Below are positions 50,433 to 64,000 of a DNA stretch of 64,000 nucleotides, piece by piece (position 1 is the stretch's first letter; every line of letters starts with the position of its first letter). The notes under the pieces are model-generated. The model was given only the letters and a program-made list of their open reading frames with translations. It did not search any database and had not been told where the DNA came from. A program made the translations under genes and the position numbers. The DNA comes from Malacoraja senta. Lineage: Eukaryota. The stretch spans positions 9,302,001 through 9,366,000 of the forward strand of contig CM075991.1 of NCBI GenBank assembly GCA_038087875.1, read 5' to 3'.

Positions 50433-51056
50433 AGAAACATAGAAACATAGAAATTAGGTGCAGGAGTAGGCCATTCGGCCCTTCGAGCCTGCACCGCCAT
50501 TCAATATGATCATGGCTGATCATCCAACTCAGTATCCCGTACCTGCCTTCTCTCCATACCCTCTGATCCCTTTAGCCACAAGGGCCACATCTAACTCCCT
50601 CTTAAATATAGCCAATGAACTGGCCTCGACTACCCTCTGTGGCAGAGAGTTCCAGAGATTCACCACTCTCTGTGTGAAAAAAGTTCTTCTCATCTCGGTT
50701 TTAAAGGATTTCCCCCTTATCCTTAAGCTGTGACCCCTTGTCCTGGACTTCCCCAACATCGGGAGCAATCTTCCTGCATCTAGCCTGTCCAACCCCTTAA
50801 GAATTTTGTAAGTTTCTGTAAGATCCCCTCTCAATCTCCTAAATTCTAGAGAGTATAAACCAAGTCTATCCAGTCTTTCTTCATAAGACAGTCCTGACAT
50901 CCCAGGAATCTGTCTGGTGAACCTTCTCTGCACTCCCTCTATGGCAATAATGTCCTTCCTCAGATTTGGAGACCAAAACTGTACGCAATACTCCAGGTGT
51001 GGTCTCACCAAGACCCTGTACAACTGCAGTAGAACCTCCCTGCTCCTATACTCAAA
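50433..51056 (-). mobile_element. CR1 LINE 3' fragment
   Basis: ORF 50529-51023 (LVRPHLEYCVQFWSP...RVVNLWNSLP) plus (AGAAACAT)n tail; near-identical to the 3' part of 33549-35069. Confidence 0.93.
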
Positions 51057-52075
51057 GTTCTAGGAGTTCTAGGATTTAGACCAGGATTTAGAGGGGAAGA
51101 AGTTCCAGTGACTCAGTTTCAAATCACAATGATGTGTGACTTGGAGAGTCACTCGCAGGAGGTGGTAGATGCTTGCTTTAATTTACTTTAAGAGATACAG
51201 CATAGAAACAGGACTTTCAGCCCACTGAGCCACTGTTGTCCACCGTTCACCCCTTCACACCAGTTCCATCATATCCCACTTCCACATCCACTCCCTGCAC
51301 ACTTGGAGATAGGCACAAAAAAGCTGGAGTAACTCAGCGGGGCAGGCAGCATCTCTGGAGAGAAGGAATGGGTGATGTTTCGGGTCGAGTTTCGACCCGA
51401 AACGTCACCCATTCCTTCTCTCCAGAGATGCTGCCTGTCCCTCTGAGATACTCCAACCTTTTGTGTCTATCTTCGGTATAAACCAGCATCTGCAGTTCCT
51501 TCTTACACCCGACACATTTGGGTCAATTTGCAGCAGCCTATTAACCCACCTCTTTGAGATGCGGGAGGAAACGTGGATGGGAAGGGTTTAGGAGTATAAG
51601 GGCCAAACACAGTCAGACAGGACTGCCATTGATGGGGCATTTTGGTCGGCACCGACAAGTTGGGCCAAAGGGCTTAATGACTCTATGATTAGGAAACCTG
51701 GAGGAATCCCATGCGGTCACAGGGAAAATGTGAATTCCACACACACAGCTCTGCCTCTGGAGGTCAGGATCGAACCCAAGTCTCTGGCACTGTATGGCAA
51801 CAACTCTACCTCTACGCCAACCTGCCATACTACAAGTTTCTAAACTAAACTTACTTAAATTCTACGTTTTTTTTTTACCATAGGACTAATGTCCACTCTG
51901 CTCTTTTTAAAATATCTACAGAAACTCGTACCGCCCATGCTAACTTCATTTCATGCTCTAATCATTTGCTCTTGATGTTAATCTTGTTGTCACTCTTTTT
52001 GCCATTGTTAAGGATTCTGCCCAATCTACTGGCTTTGGACCAACATGGACCAGGATAATGGAGTTATGGATAATT

Positions 52076-52294
52076 GGGCAGTCACGGTGGGGCAGCGGTA
52101 GAGTTGCTGCCTAACAGCAAAATGCAGCGCCAGAGACCCGGGTTCGATCCCGACTATGGGTGCTGTCTGTATGGAGTTTGTACGAACTCCCCGTGATCTG
52201 CGTGGGGTTTCTCCGAGATCTTCGGTTTCCTCCCACACTCCAAAGACATACAGGTTTGTAGGTTAATTGGCTTGATAAAAATGTAAAATTGTCC
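52076..52294 (+). mobile_element. HE1-type V-SINE, 3' truncated
   Basis: A/B boxes and V-domain. Confidence 0.85.
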
Positions 52295-52780
52295 AACTTG
52301 GCGATATGCAGAGTACCGCCCTGCCGACTACAGAATTCAGAAGGTTCAGAAGGATACGGGATGGTTATGGTATGAGGATTAAATGAGGATATGCCATCAT
52401 CTTAGCACCACGGCACTGTGTTTCGTAGAATGCTAGAGTAATTCATTGAGTCACACCAGCGCTCTGACCTTAAGAGAAGAATTGATAAGTAATTACTCAT
52501 CGGTAGAAATAACTGCAGCGATTATTATTTACTGGATGGAACCATTGATCAGGATTTTGAGGTTTCAAGGCATAGATTGATTACCTACATTTACTGATGC
52601 TCACAATGCATAAATGTGAAAGTTAGCGAGTGGGAATTAGACATGGGTGGTTTCCAAATCTGAAGAAGGGTTTCGGCCCGAAACGTTGCCTATTTCCTTC
52701 GCTCCATAGATGCTGCTGCACCCGCTGAGTTTCTCCAGCATTTTTGTGTATCTTCCAAATACAATTAATTGATGTGTGGA

Positions 52781-53885
<1,105 letters not shown>

Positions 53886-55629
53886 TAAAAAAGGAACATG
53901 ATTCACATTGCATGAGGTGTGTCGTGGGGACGTGTACTATCGTTGTTATCTACAGGACTGAACTACATCTGTATGGAGGTGCTGGGGGATACCGGTGGAA
54001 CTAGAAGCAGCAAGTTATTTGTTTTTGCGCTCAGCGCTGACTGTTCAGTGATGGGCAGCATGCAACACCCACAAATGCAGATAAAATGTTCTCTGCATCT
54101 GAGGGACCAATGTGTAACTGTAAAAGCAACCTCGGAAACATGCAAAAACACAAGGAGTTCTTTTGTTTACTTGGCTCAGGTGAAGGCGATCAGATCCAGC
54201 TCAGTTTAGTTTATTGCCACGTGTACCGAGGTACAGTGAAAAGCTGGTGCTGCATGCTATCGAGACAACGGAAAGATAATACATAATTACAATCGAGCCA
54301 TTTACAGTGTATAGCTACGTCATAACATTTAGTGCAAGGTAAAGCCAACAAAGTCCAAACAAGGATATTCTGAGAGGGCACCAATGAGGTAGATAGTAGA
54401 TAGACACAAAAAGCTGGAGTGACTCAGCGGGACAGGCAGCATCTCTGGAGAGAAGGAATGGGTGGTATTTCGGGTCGAGACCCTTCTTCAGACTGGTTAG
54501 GGATAAGGGAAACGAGAGATATAGACGATGATGTAGAGAGATAAAGAACAATGAATAAAAGATATGCAAAAGAGTAACGATGATAAAGGAAACAGGCCAT
54601 TGTTAGCTGTTTGTTGGGTGAAAACGAGAAGCTGGTGCGACTTGGGTGGGGGAGGGATAGAGAGAGAGGGAATGCCGGGGCTACCTGAAGTGAGAAAAAT
54701 CAATATTCATACCACTGGACTGTAAGCTGCCAAAGCGAAATATGAATAGTAGTTCAGCACTGCTCTCTGGTTGTGGTAGGGTGATTCAGTTGCTTGATAA
54801 CAGCTGGGAAGAAACTGCCCCTGAATCTGGAGATGTGCGTTTTCCATTTTCCACCTGTCCATTTTTGATGGATCAGTCCGAACCACTCATCTTTTTGTCA
54901 TCGCCTTCTCCCTGAAAACTCACACAGCTGTCTCACAAATCCATTAACACCAGTCTGCTTCAATCGATCCTCCTCGCCGTTAATTCCGCAACTCTGCTGC
55001 TGACAAGGGAACGGACTGAGACAGGGGAAGGGGCAAATTTAACTCTGAGCATTCGGAGATTATTTTTCGCTGCGGCATGAAGTCCTGATGATCTTGAATT
55101 TGGGTGTAACTGTGGTCTCTGTAATCATAAAAAAAAGGTTCAGTCGATCCCCGGGAAGCTGATAACCAGTTCTGTGAAAGAAAGTCATGCCATCACGGTT
55201 ATATCCGTCAGGGATAAGATGGGGAAGCTTATTCTCCCTTCTCTAGAAAATGTACGGTTGACTGGAGGACCAATGTAGACCATAGAATGCAAAGTGCTGG
55301 AGTAATTCAGTAGGTCATAGAGTCATAGAGTGATACAGTGTGGAAACAGGCCCTTCGGCCTAACTAGCCGACACCGCCCAACATGTCCCAGCTACACGAG
55401 TCCCACCTGCCTGCGCTTGGTCCATATCCCCCCAAACCTTTCCTATCCATGTAAAGGTCAGGCAGCATCTCTGGTAGACATGGATAGGAGATATTTCGAC
55501 TTGAGTCCCTTCTTCAGGCTAATGGTGGTGAGGTAGTGAGAAGAATTCTGGAAGAGAGGAGGTTAACACCAGTTAAAAAAAGCTGGAGTAACTCAGCGGG
55601 TCAGGCAGCATCTCTGGAGAAAAGGAAAA

Positions 55630-56232
55630 TTGAATTGAATAAATTTTATTTGCCAAGTATGTATACATACGAGGAATTTGCCTTGGTGCTTTGCTCGCAA
55701 GTAACAATACGATATACAATAAACAATTAAGAATAAAACATTATGATTTAAACATGTGAAGAATGAAACAAAATACCAGAGCAAAAGGAGGCTACAGACT
55801 TTTGGCTGTTGAGTAGAGCTGCTGCTCGTGGAAAAAATGTTGTTTTTATGTCTGGCTGTGGTGGCTTTGACAGTCCGGAGTCGCCTTCCAGAGGGAAGTG
55901 ATTCAAATAGTTTGTGGCAAGGGGTCAGAGATCATCTTGCCCGCTCGCTTCCTGGCCCTTGCAGTGTACACTTCATCGATGGGGTGAAGGTTGCAGCCAA
56001 CAACTTTCTCAGCTGATCGAACGATGTGCTGCAGCCTCCGGATGTCATGCTTGGTGGCTGAGCCAAACCAGACCATGATGGAGAAGGTGAGGACGGACTC
56101 TATGATGGCAGTATAACACTGGACCATCATTGCCTGTGGCAGATTGTGTTTTCTGAGTTGCCGCAGGAAGTACATCCTCTGTTGGGCCTTTTTGACCGTG
56201 GAGTCGATGGTAGCCCCCCCATTTAAGGTCCT
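55630..56232 (-). mobile_element. Rex1/Babar LINE 3' fragment
   Basis: ORF 55903-56175 MYFLRQLRK...YTAIIESVLTFSIMVWFG...LQHIVRSAEKVVG; aataaaatttattcaattcaatt tail. Confidence 0.85.
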
Positions 56233-57096
56233 TGGTGTTTGATGGTTCCAAAGATGATGTTTCGGGTCAAGACCCTTCTTCAGACTGAGACCTATTCCTT
56301 TTGCGTTTCACGCGGGATTCCAGCATCTCCAGTTCCTTCTATCTCCACCTAATGTAAGTCTTTATAATCAAGCAAGGTTTTGGTAGCGTTGAAGAAAGTT
56401 ATTGTGGTCAGTATCATTCATTGCACTGCAGAGTAACATCACTACCCTTCAGGGCGGCTAATAGAAAAATCAGGGGGTTGAACACCTATATATAATCTTC
56501 ATCAATAAATTCTATTTGAGGATGTTACAGCCTATTTATTCATTCATTATTTTGCCTTTCTTTTTCAGTATACCGACAAAATCATATGAGCTTAAAGATT
56601 GATTTCCAAACACTTTCATCCTTTGTTTCCCCAGGATGTTGTGATACCTGCCAGCACTGTTTCACCGCTCTTTCCGAACTGCATTCGGAAAGGCAAAAGG
56701 AATGTTAAAAATCATGCATCGCGGTTATTAGTGGCCCACCCACTGTGCTGTCAAAGGAATGGCATAGAGTGACATATTGTACGCCATTTACTCTGCTGAA
56801 TTAATAACGAGGTGTTCAGTAACTGCTCAGACATTATTTGTGACAAGAGCTATCATGCTGCAAAACAAAGTTGTCACCTCACTGATTTTAAATGGTGAAA
56901 GTGGTGGTAAAGTTGCTGCCTTACAGCGCCAGGGACCCGGGTTCGATCCTGACTACAGGCGCTGTCTACATGGAGTTTGTACGTTCTCCCTGTGAACGCG
57001 TGGGTTTCCTCCGGGTGCTCTGGTTACCATCCACTTTCCAAAACGTGCAGGATTGTAGGTTGATTGGTTTCTGTAAGTTATCCCGACTGTGTGTAG

Positions 57097-57557
57097 GACT
57101 GTCATATGAGGAAAGATTGAAAAGACTAGGCTTGTATTCACTGGAGTTTAGGAGGATGAGGGGGTATATTTTAGAAACATATGAAATTATAAAAGGACAG
57201 GACAAGCTAGATGCAGGAAAAATGTTCCCAATGTTGGGCAAGTCCAGAACCAGGGGCCACAGTCTTAGAATAAAGGGGAGGTCATTTAAGACTGAGGTGA
57301 GAAAAAACGTTTTCACCCAGAGAGTTGTGAATTTATGGAATTCCCTGCCACAGAGGGCAGTGGAGGCCAAGTCACTGGATGGATTTAAGAGAGAGTTAGA
57401 TAGAGCTCTAGGGGCTAGTGGAGTCAAGGGATATGGGGAGAAGGCAGGCACGGGTTATTGAGAGGGGACGATCAGCCATGATCAAAATGAATGGTGGTGC
57501 TGGCTCGAAGGGCCGAATGGCCTCCTCCTGCACCTATTTTCTATGTTTCCATGTTTC
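57097..57557 (+). mobile_element. CR1 LINE 3' fragment inserted in an HE1 SINE
   Basis: GLSYEERLKRLGLYSLEFRR...RVVNLWNSLP; SINE halves lie on either side. Confidence 0.9.
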
Positions 57558-58630
57558 TAGAACTAGTGCGAGGGGACCACTGGTCGGCGCCGACTCGGTG
57601 GACCGAAGAGCCTGTTTCCATGCTGTATCTCCAAACTAAACAAAACTAAAGTTGCTGCCTGGCCTGCTGAATTCCTCCAGCAGTTTGTTTTTTGCAATGG
57701 GAAGTAAGAATTGGCCAAGTAAATGTTATCATTTGATTATCACGGTAATAATGGCCCCCTTTTTTGGTCCAAGTGTCCATGACGAGAATCAGTTCACCCA
57801 CCTGATCCTCGTAATTAGACCTGAGTGTTCAACACTTCAAACTCATAGCATTTAACTGGGTCAATCCCCAGCAGTCTCCCTTTAATCTGTGAGTTTCGTG
57901 TGTTTAGAGAGATACAGTATGGAAACAGGCCCTTCAGCCCACCGGGTCCACACTGACAATTGATCACCTGTTCACACTGGTAATCTCACTACACACTCGG
58001 GGCAATTCACAGAGGCCAGTAAACCTACAAACCCACACATATTTGGTGATGTGGGAGGAAGCCGGAGGACCCGGAGGAAACCCACGTGGTCACAGGGAGA
58101 TTGTGCAAACGCAGACAGCACCCGAGGTGGGGATCGAACCTGGGTCTCTGGCGCCGTGAGGCAGCAACTCTACCGCTGCTCCACAGCAGCACTAATGCTT
58201 AAGCAAAATGGGCCTTTACCTCACAGTGGTTTAGCTATGTTACGAGTCTTGCAAGAGGAAGGCCCGGACTAATGATCCAGAAATTTATTCAAATCTCACC
58301 ACTGCAGCTGGATAATTTAAATACACTTAATTAAATAAAAATAAATCTAAAATAAACAGCTGGCACGCTCGTAAACCCATCCAGCCTATAGACATTCCAT
58401 TGGGAAAGATCTACTGGTCCCTCTGGCTTGTACGTTCCACAACAGTGTTAACTGTAGTGTCCCAGCACACCGTTAGTTAACGGGCAATGAAAGAGCTGGT
58501 CCTCCTCTGCATGAATACAATAATTAAAAGAGCCCTACCCCCCCCCCAAAAGGGCAGATTTAGTTTAGTTTAGTTTAGTTTAGAGATACAGCGCGGAAAC
58601 AGGCCCGACTCTGCGCCGACCGTTCACACT

Positions 58631-58916
58631 AGGGTCTGTCCCACTTAGGCGTCATTTGCGGGTTACTCAGATTGGCGCGCGAAGATTTTGTACATACTAA
58701 AATCCTGGGGCGCCAGTGCCTATGTCACTGCCTACGTCACCACGCACCATGCGCGCATCACGTGCGTGCGTCGTGACGCGTAAATCATGACACATAAACT
58801 ATGCGCAAATGACGCCCAAGTGGGACAGGGCCTTAATGGGCCTGTCCCACTTAGGCGATTTTATAGGCGACTGCCAGCGACTAGGACAATGGAATTCACC
58901 GAAGTCAGCACCGGTG
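58631..58916. mobile_element. PIF/Harbinger MITE (58631-58833) abutting the left end of a second, truncated MITE (from 58837)
   Basis: AGGGTCTGTCCCACTTAGGCGTCATTTGCG...CGCAAATGACGCCCAAGTGGGACAGGGCCT, then TAA, then TGGGCCTGTCCCACTTAGGCGA. Confidence 0.8.
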
Positions 58917-59290
58917 ATGATGTGCCTCAGGGAATCCAATTCCAGTTACCAGTGGAATGAAGTGCTGTGCCCATGAGCTGTTCCCACCATCTCAATAATA
59001 CTAAAATGGGGTCATGATTATCTTTGAATTTAAGTTGCTCGTGGCTACTCTGTATTTAAAAGTCGGTGAACTTACCTCTTATTCAACTGTGCCCCTTTAA
59101 ATTTATGCATGAGCGTTTAAAGGTTCAAGCATTTCTCCAGATGACATTAAGGAAGGTTAAGGAACATCATCACAAATACATATATTGGTCCTTGCTATAG
59201 GGCTACCGAGCAATGGTGATTACACTTCAAAAAAGCATTACAAGCTGAATATATCCGGCACGGTGGCGCAGCGGTAGAGCTGCTGCCTTA

Positions 59291-59578
59291 AGGGCCTGTC
59301 CCACTTACGCGACTTTACAGGTGACTGCCGGCACCCGTCATAGGTCGCCGAAATTTTCAACATGTTGAAAATTCAGCGGCGACCAGATAGACATGACTCT
59401 TTGGAGACCTCTCACGACCATAGGCTGTATGGTCGTGAGAGGTCTCCTATGGTCGTGAGAGGTCTCCAAAGAGTCGTAGCATCTTTCTGGTTGCCGCTGA
59501 ATTTTCAACATGTTGAAAATGTTGGCGACCTATGATGGGTGCCGGCAGTCACCTGTAAAGTCGCGTAAGTGGGACAGG
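59291..59578. mobile_element. PIF/Harbinger MITE, almost fully palindromic, in an HE1 SINE head
   Basis: ~135-bp inverted arms; inserted after gcctta; right TIR lacks its last 4 bp. Confidence 0.88.
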
Positions 59579-60782
59579 TGTGCTTTGGCTGTACGGAGTT
59601 TGTACAACCTCCCCGTGACCTGCGTGGGTTTTCTCCGAGATCCTCAGTTTCGTCCCACTCTCAAAAGACGTACAGGTTTGCAGGTAAATTGGCTTGGAAT
59701 AAATGTAAATTGGCCCTAGTGTGTGTAGGACAGTGTTAATTTGCGGGGATCGCTGGTCGGCGCAGACTTGGTGGGCCGAAGGGCCTGTATCCGCGCTGTG
59801 TATCTAAACCAAACTAAAACAAACTAAATCTTTAAAAAAACAATCAGGCTTACCAAGGTCAGAAAAATGTGATAGAAATGCAAGATTTTCCTTCATCTCC
59901 AATCTATTTTGTCCTTTAGGCATCGAGTTCTGCCTTTGATATTTTATCATATTTGATCAACAAACTCATTGATCCGTTGCTTGTAGCAAGAGGTTACGAT
60001 TTCCAGTGAATTGAAAACACCATCATCAGTGTAAGGATCAGACTGTGGGACCGTACCTGCTCATCACAGATCCAACCATTTATTTGTGACCTTTACAGAA
60101 AAAATATCATTCAGTTGTTGGAAAGATCCAGCTGTTTAATCGACTGGCAATTTTATTTCTGTTTTTCCTTTTTTTATGTCATGGAGTCATACACCATGGA
60201 AACTGGCTCCTTGGCCCAACCTGTCCAAGCCAACCAAGATGTCTTATTTGCCTGTGTTTGGCCCATATCCCTCTAAACCTTTCCTATCCATGCACATGTC
60301 CAAATGCTGTAAGAGTAACTGAAACAACTACCTCCTCTGGTTCCCTGTTCCTTATACAACTACACTCTGACTGGGCCTCCTTCATTCATGGGTGATTCTG
60401 GACTTACCTGGACTTTTTACCTTGTCTGTACATCTGGACGCCCACAGCGACGGCTGCGGAGGGTTGAGGTCCCGACCACGGGGGAAAATGGAGGAGGACT
60501 GGCCAAATTTTGTGCCTTCCACCACAGTGATGAATGCTGTGGCGGATGTTAGTGTTAAAGTTTTTGTGTGTTTTTGTGTGTTCTTTATCATTGTACTGCT
60601 GCTGGCAAATTCATTTCACTTGCACTTTATGTGCAATGTGACGAATAAAACTGATTGTATTGTATTCTGTTCGAGCTACCAAACCAGGCTGTTATACAAC
60701 CAGCCATTATGCCCCACACCATGCACTTAGCTTGATACCGGGGCAATGTAAAAAAAGCTGTATTCTGCATCGAACCCTTGCT

Positions 60783-60816
60783 ATAGAGAGATAGAGAGAG
60801 AGTGGGGGGGGGGAGC

Positions 60817-60859
<43 letters not shown>

Positions 60860-60870
60860 AGGGAGAGAGA
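60783..60870. repeat. (GA)n / (GGGAGA)n microsatellite at the Tx1 5' junction
   Basis: Directly visible. Confidence 0.95.
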
Positions 60871-61342
60871 GGCTGGCTGTGTTTTTTCAGCTCTGCAGTT
60901 GAGAAGGATTCAAACAGCTTTTCAAGGACGTTGTCGATGGGGAAGGAACAGAGGCAGAGGGGCTTCATGGTCTAACTTATTGTTGGACTGGTGAAACTTT
61001 TCTCTGCTCTAGGAATTCTCCACAAGGGCGGACATTCCGGAGATATTTTTCCATTGTCGAGGGTGCGGTTGTCGTTGGCGGACTGCCAAGAGTGGAGGCA
61101 ACGGGAAAAAAGGCATTTTGCTCCGGCGGATGTCGGGTTTAATGTGAAGATGGTACTGTTGAGTCCGGAAAGAATGGGATAGAGCTTCCCAAAAGCTGCT
61201 GTCGGCTGTGGACGTCTTTGGGGATTTTCTGGCTGTAGCTGGAGGCTTCAGAGTTCTGCTACTTGTTGACTGTGACTATTTGAAGGAGTTAACGTGGAGC
61301 TGAGCTGCCGGGGCGATTGGAGCTGGTTGTGCCTCTGTCAGG

Positions 61343-63601
61343 ATGGCGAAGGCTGGGGCGAGGCCGAAGAACCGGAGTTACGCAGTGGCGGCATCAGAGG
61401 CGGATGCGAGGACAGTGGAGCATGAGCCTTATGTGAACTTGGATTGGGGCAGGTTTGGTATCTCGGTCCAAACTGGGCCCCAGATGTCTAGGGGTGCAAT
61501 TACCAAGGCCGTGAATGACCTTATTGGGGGGCGGCCTGTTGTCTCTTCCGAGCTTGTAAGAGGCAAGGTGGAGATGATTTTGAAGACCGAGGAGGGTGTG
61601 AAAATGGCGTTGGAGAGGGGGATAACAGTGGGGGGGATCCAATTACAGGTGGATCCGTGGTTATCGAGGGTGAGACCGGTTCTCCTGCGGAGTTGCCCCA
61701 CATTTATTTCGGATGCTGCACTTATGCCACACCTGTCTACGATTGGGGAGGTGAGGTCTAAGTGCTTTAGGCTCAGGCACCTTGGGGGGGACCCGGAGGA
61801 AAGAGGGATCTTCAGTTTTAAGAGGAGGGTGTTCATGAAGGTGGGTGAGGGCGAAGGCGCGGAGGGGAGCTTTGAGGTGGATTGTCAGGGTCTCCATAGA
61901 ACCGTGTATTGGAGTTGGGGGAAGGCACGGTGTCATGAGTGTGGAGCATATGGACATTTCCGTAACGAGTGTCTTTCTCGCAGGGGCGTTGCTAGAAGTT
62001 CTAGCGTAGTGGCCCAGGATGGCAATGCTGGCCCATCCGGGGTGGTACATCATGCCTCGGTGGCGCGGGCTGGCACTGCTGACCTGGCTAGGGCGGCTAG
62101 CTCCACCTCGGGGATCCGGGGCGGAAGTGATAGGCCATCTGGGTCTGAAAGTTCTGCCTTGGGGACCCGGGGCGGGGAAGGCCTCAGGCCCCTGCGTCCT
62201 GAGACTGTGGAGGTGGTGGTGGCTAATGGTGAGGGGGAGGGAGAGGGTGGAGAGGGGGAGGATGAAGACGGGGAGGGGAAGTGGGAGGTGAAGAAGGGGA
62301 GGAAGAAGAGGGGAAAGGGCCATCCGGAGAGTAAAAATATGCGTGTTAGTTCTAGTGAGGTCCAGAGTGTGCTTGATGTGGCCCAGCAAGGCGATGAGAT
62401 CGCTCAGACGGGGGAAGGGTTGGTAAAGGGTGCGGGGGGTATAGTGGATGGGGGTAGGGAGGGGGTGGAAGACCCTTCCTTTATGGAGGTCACCGTACTG
62501 CCGCATGCTAGTGGGGTGAAAAGGAATAGGCCTGGCGAGGAAGAGGAAGGGCGTGAGGCGAAAATTAGGGCAGGTGAGGGGGTTGATTCCGCTGGAGATG
62601 TGTCCTCTGGGCGGGGGGCTGTCTCTTCATTTCAGGGGCCCTCCGATGGAGTTATCTCATCGGGTGGTGAGGTGAGCTCCCCTGGGGGTGTGTCCTCTGG
62701 GTCAGAGGATGTCCCCTCGTTTCAGAGGCCTCTTGAGGGTGATGGAACGCCAGAGGATGGGGTATGTGCCCCTGGTAGGGGGGCCCCTGAGATGGAGGAT
62801 GAGCAGAGTCAGCCTGAGGGGGGTGGTTCGGGGGCTGTGGTGTTCCAGTCTATGCTGCACATCAGTGCCAGTGGTGGTAATGGGGGGTGTGCTGCATCGC
62901 CGGATGAGGTGGAAGGGGAGAGGCTAAAAGTAAGAGGCGAGCCTCTGGGTATTGCTAGTGGTGGGGATGCTATAGGTGGTGTGGAGGTCGGGGATAGTTT
63001 GGGTGGTGATGTCCCTTTAGTTTCAAGGGGTGTCAGTGTATCCCAGGCCCTGGGGGAGCCTAGTGTTTTTGCTTCCCCAGGCCAAGGCGTGGAGGGTGAG
63101 GGTAGCGTGCAGGGGCCAAGCCAGTCAGGGGGATGCTTGTTGCAGTTGGGGGTTTCGGGGCCCTTACCTGGCATTGATCCTGGGGGTGGTGTCTTGCTGG
63201 AGGAGCGGGAGGGTGAACTGGAAAGTTTGGGTAGTGGGGGTGGAGAGCTTTTGGAGAGCTCTGGGCGTTCAGTTACAGAAAGAGACCTTGAACGTTGTGA
63301 TGTGGAGTCTGATGGTGCAGGTGCAAGTGCGTTGGCCGAGTGCCCAGACTCCAAGGCCGAGGCTCTTGATTGTGAGATAAAGGTGGTTCGAGAGTTTCTC
63401 AGAACAAACCGCTCCGCAAGAACAAGAGTGGATGCTGCTAGTAGGCGGTGGAAGGATCTGCCAGGATTGATTCCGATTCTCGAGGATATTCTTGGCAGCA
63501 GGGAGAGTGCTCTTACTGACGTAGAGGTGGGGCAGTTTGGGGACTTTTTGGGGTTACTCAGAGAGAAATTTGTTGTGTCTATGGGGACTGAGGGGGTTTA
63601 A
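61343..63601 (+). CDS. Tx1 ORF1 gag-like nucleic-acid-binding protein
   Basis: 752-aa open frame with zinc knuckle CHECGAYGHFRNEC, basic patch WEVKKGRKKRGK, long G/S/E-rich low-complexity tail, directly upstream of an APE ORF. Confidence 0.85.
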   Translation: MAKAGARPKNRSYAVAASEADARTVEHEPYVNLDWGRFGISVQTGPQMSRGAITKAVNDLIGGRPVVSSELVRGKVEMILKTEEGVKMALERGITVGGIQLQVDPWLSRVRPVLLRSCPTFISDAALMPHLSTIGEVRSKCFRLRHLGGDPEERGIFSFKRRVFMKVGEGEGAEGSFEVDCQGLHRTVYWSWGKARCHECGAYGHFRNECLSRRGVARSSSVVAQDGNAGPSGVVHHASVARAGTADLARAASSTSGIRGGSDRPSGSESSALGTRGGEGLRPLRPETVEVVVANGEGEGEGGEGEDEDGEGKWEVKKGRKKRGKGHPESKNMRVSSSEVQSVLDVAQQGDEIAQTGEGLVKGAGGIVDGGREGVEDPSFMEVTVLPHASGVKRNRPGEEEEGREAKIRAGEGVDSAGDVSSGRGAVSSFQGPSDGVISSGGEVSSPGGVSSGSEDVPSFQRPLEGDGTPEDGVCAPGRGAPEMEDEQSQPEGGGSGAVVFQSMLHISASGGNGGCAASPDEVEGERLKVRGEPLGIASGGDAIGGVEVGDSLGGDVPLVSRGVSVSQALGEPSVFASPGQGVEGEGSVQGPSQSGGCLLQLGVSGPLPGIDPGGGVLLEEREGELESLGSGGGELLESSGRSVTERDLERCDVESDGAGASALAECPDSKAEALDCEIKVVREFLRTNRSARTRVDAASRRWKDLPGLIPILEDILGSRESALTDVEVGQFGDFLGLLREKFVVSMGTEGV

Positions 63602-64000
63602 TAAAGTGGGCCTTTACATTCACCGTCGCAACATTAAACTTAAACGGGAGTAGATCGAGTTTTCGTAGATTTCAGCTTTTATCAGGCCTTAAAGAGGGGA
63701 GATTTGCAGTGTGTTTTCTGCAGGAGACGCACACAGTTGTTAGTGATGAACCTACCTGGAGACTGGAGTGGGAAGGGGGGGTTTACATGAGCCATCTCAG
63801 CTCAAATTCGAGTGGGGTGGCCTTTCTGTTGGCCCAGAATTTCCTGCCAACGATTTTAAAAGTGAATGAAGTTGTGCCTGGACGTTTGCTCCATCTGGCA
63901 GTGAGCTTGGATGGCATGCCGTTGCATTTCATTAACGTGTATGCCCCTAGCTCCAGCACGATGCAGGCTGGCCTAATTCAGGAGGTGACTGCTCTGTTGA
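63592..64000 (+). CDS. Tx1 ORF2 N-terminal APE endonuclease (partial; absent from the ORF track)
   Basis: Manual translation: ...FTVATLNLNGSRSSFRRFQLLSGLKEGRFAVCFLQETH...WRLEWEGGVYMSHLSSNSSGVAFLL...EVVPGRLL...FINVYAPS. These are the canonical APE motifs (N-x-NG, LQETH, GVA, GR, NVYAP). Confidence 0.9.

Larger units (their letters stand above)
60871..64000 (+). mobile_element. Tx1-clade (L1 group) non-LTR retrotransposon, 5' portion, continues beyond the window
   Basis: ~470-bp 5'UTR after a (GA)n tract, intact 752-aa ORF1 with a CCHC knuckle, then an APE-endonuclease ORF2. The 5' boundary is approximate. Confidence 0.88.

Noticed and set aside
61394..63380. Antisense and alternate-frame ORFs within Tx1 ORF1
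   Set aside because: Expected by-products of a G-rich, stop-poor coding strand; no motifs.
63590..63601. GGGTTTA slippery heptamer for ORF1-ORF2 -1 frameshifting
   Set aside because: The heptamer is phased in the ORF2 frame rather than ORF1 (ORF1 reads GAG GGG GTT TAA), so canonical tandem slippage does not fit.

Overview
Repeat-saturated vertebrate genomic DNA, most likely from a cartilaginous fish (skate/ray-like), inferred from HE1-type V-SINEs and CR1/HER1-type LINE tails. Most of the window is transposon debris: CR1, Rex1, L2 and L1/Tx1 LINE fragments, Penelope-like elements (PLEs) with minimal hammerhead motifs, tRNA-derived SINEs, about 11 PIF/Harbinger MITEs sharing the TIR AGGGCCTGTCCCAC, two hAT elements, and compound microsatellites. 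The 5' part of an apparently young Tx1-clade LINE runs off the right edge. Only one convincing host coding exon is visible, a terminal exon at 19890-20114 (gene not recognised). The main discovery is a ~140-bp retroposed element in four copies (7846, 11652, 22570, 39060). Its first 54 nt fold into a minimal HDV/CPEB3-like self-cleaving ribozyme, followed by a nested hairpin and a (GAA)n tail. Each copy has an 11-13 bp target-site duplication that ends at, or within 1 nt of, the predicted cleavage-site G. It looks like a ribozyme-headed SINE with no Pol III promoter. Most listed ORFs are spurious translations of repeats.
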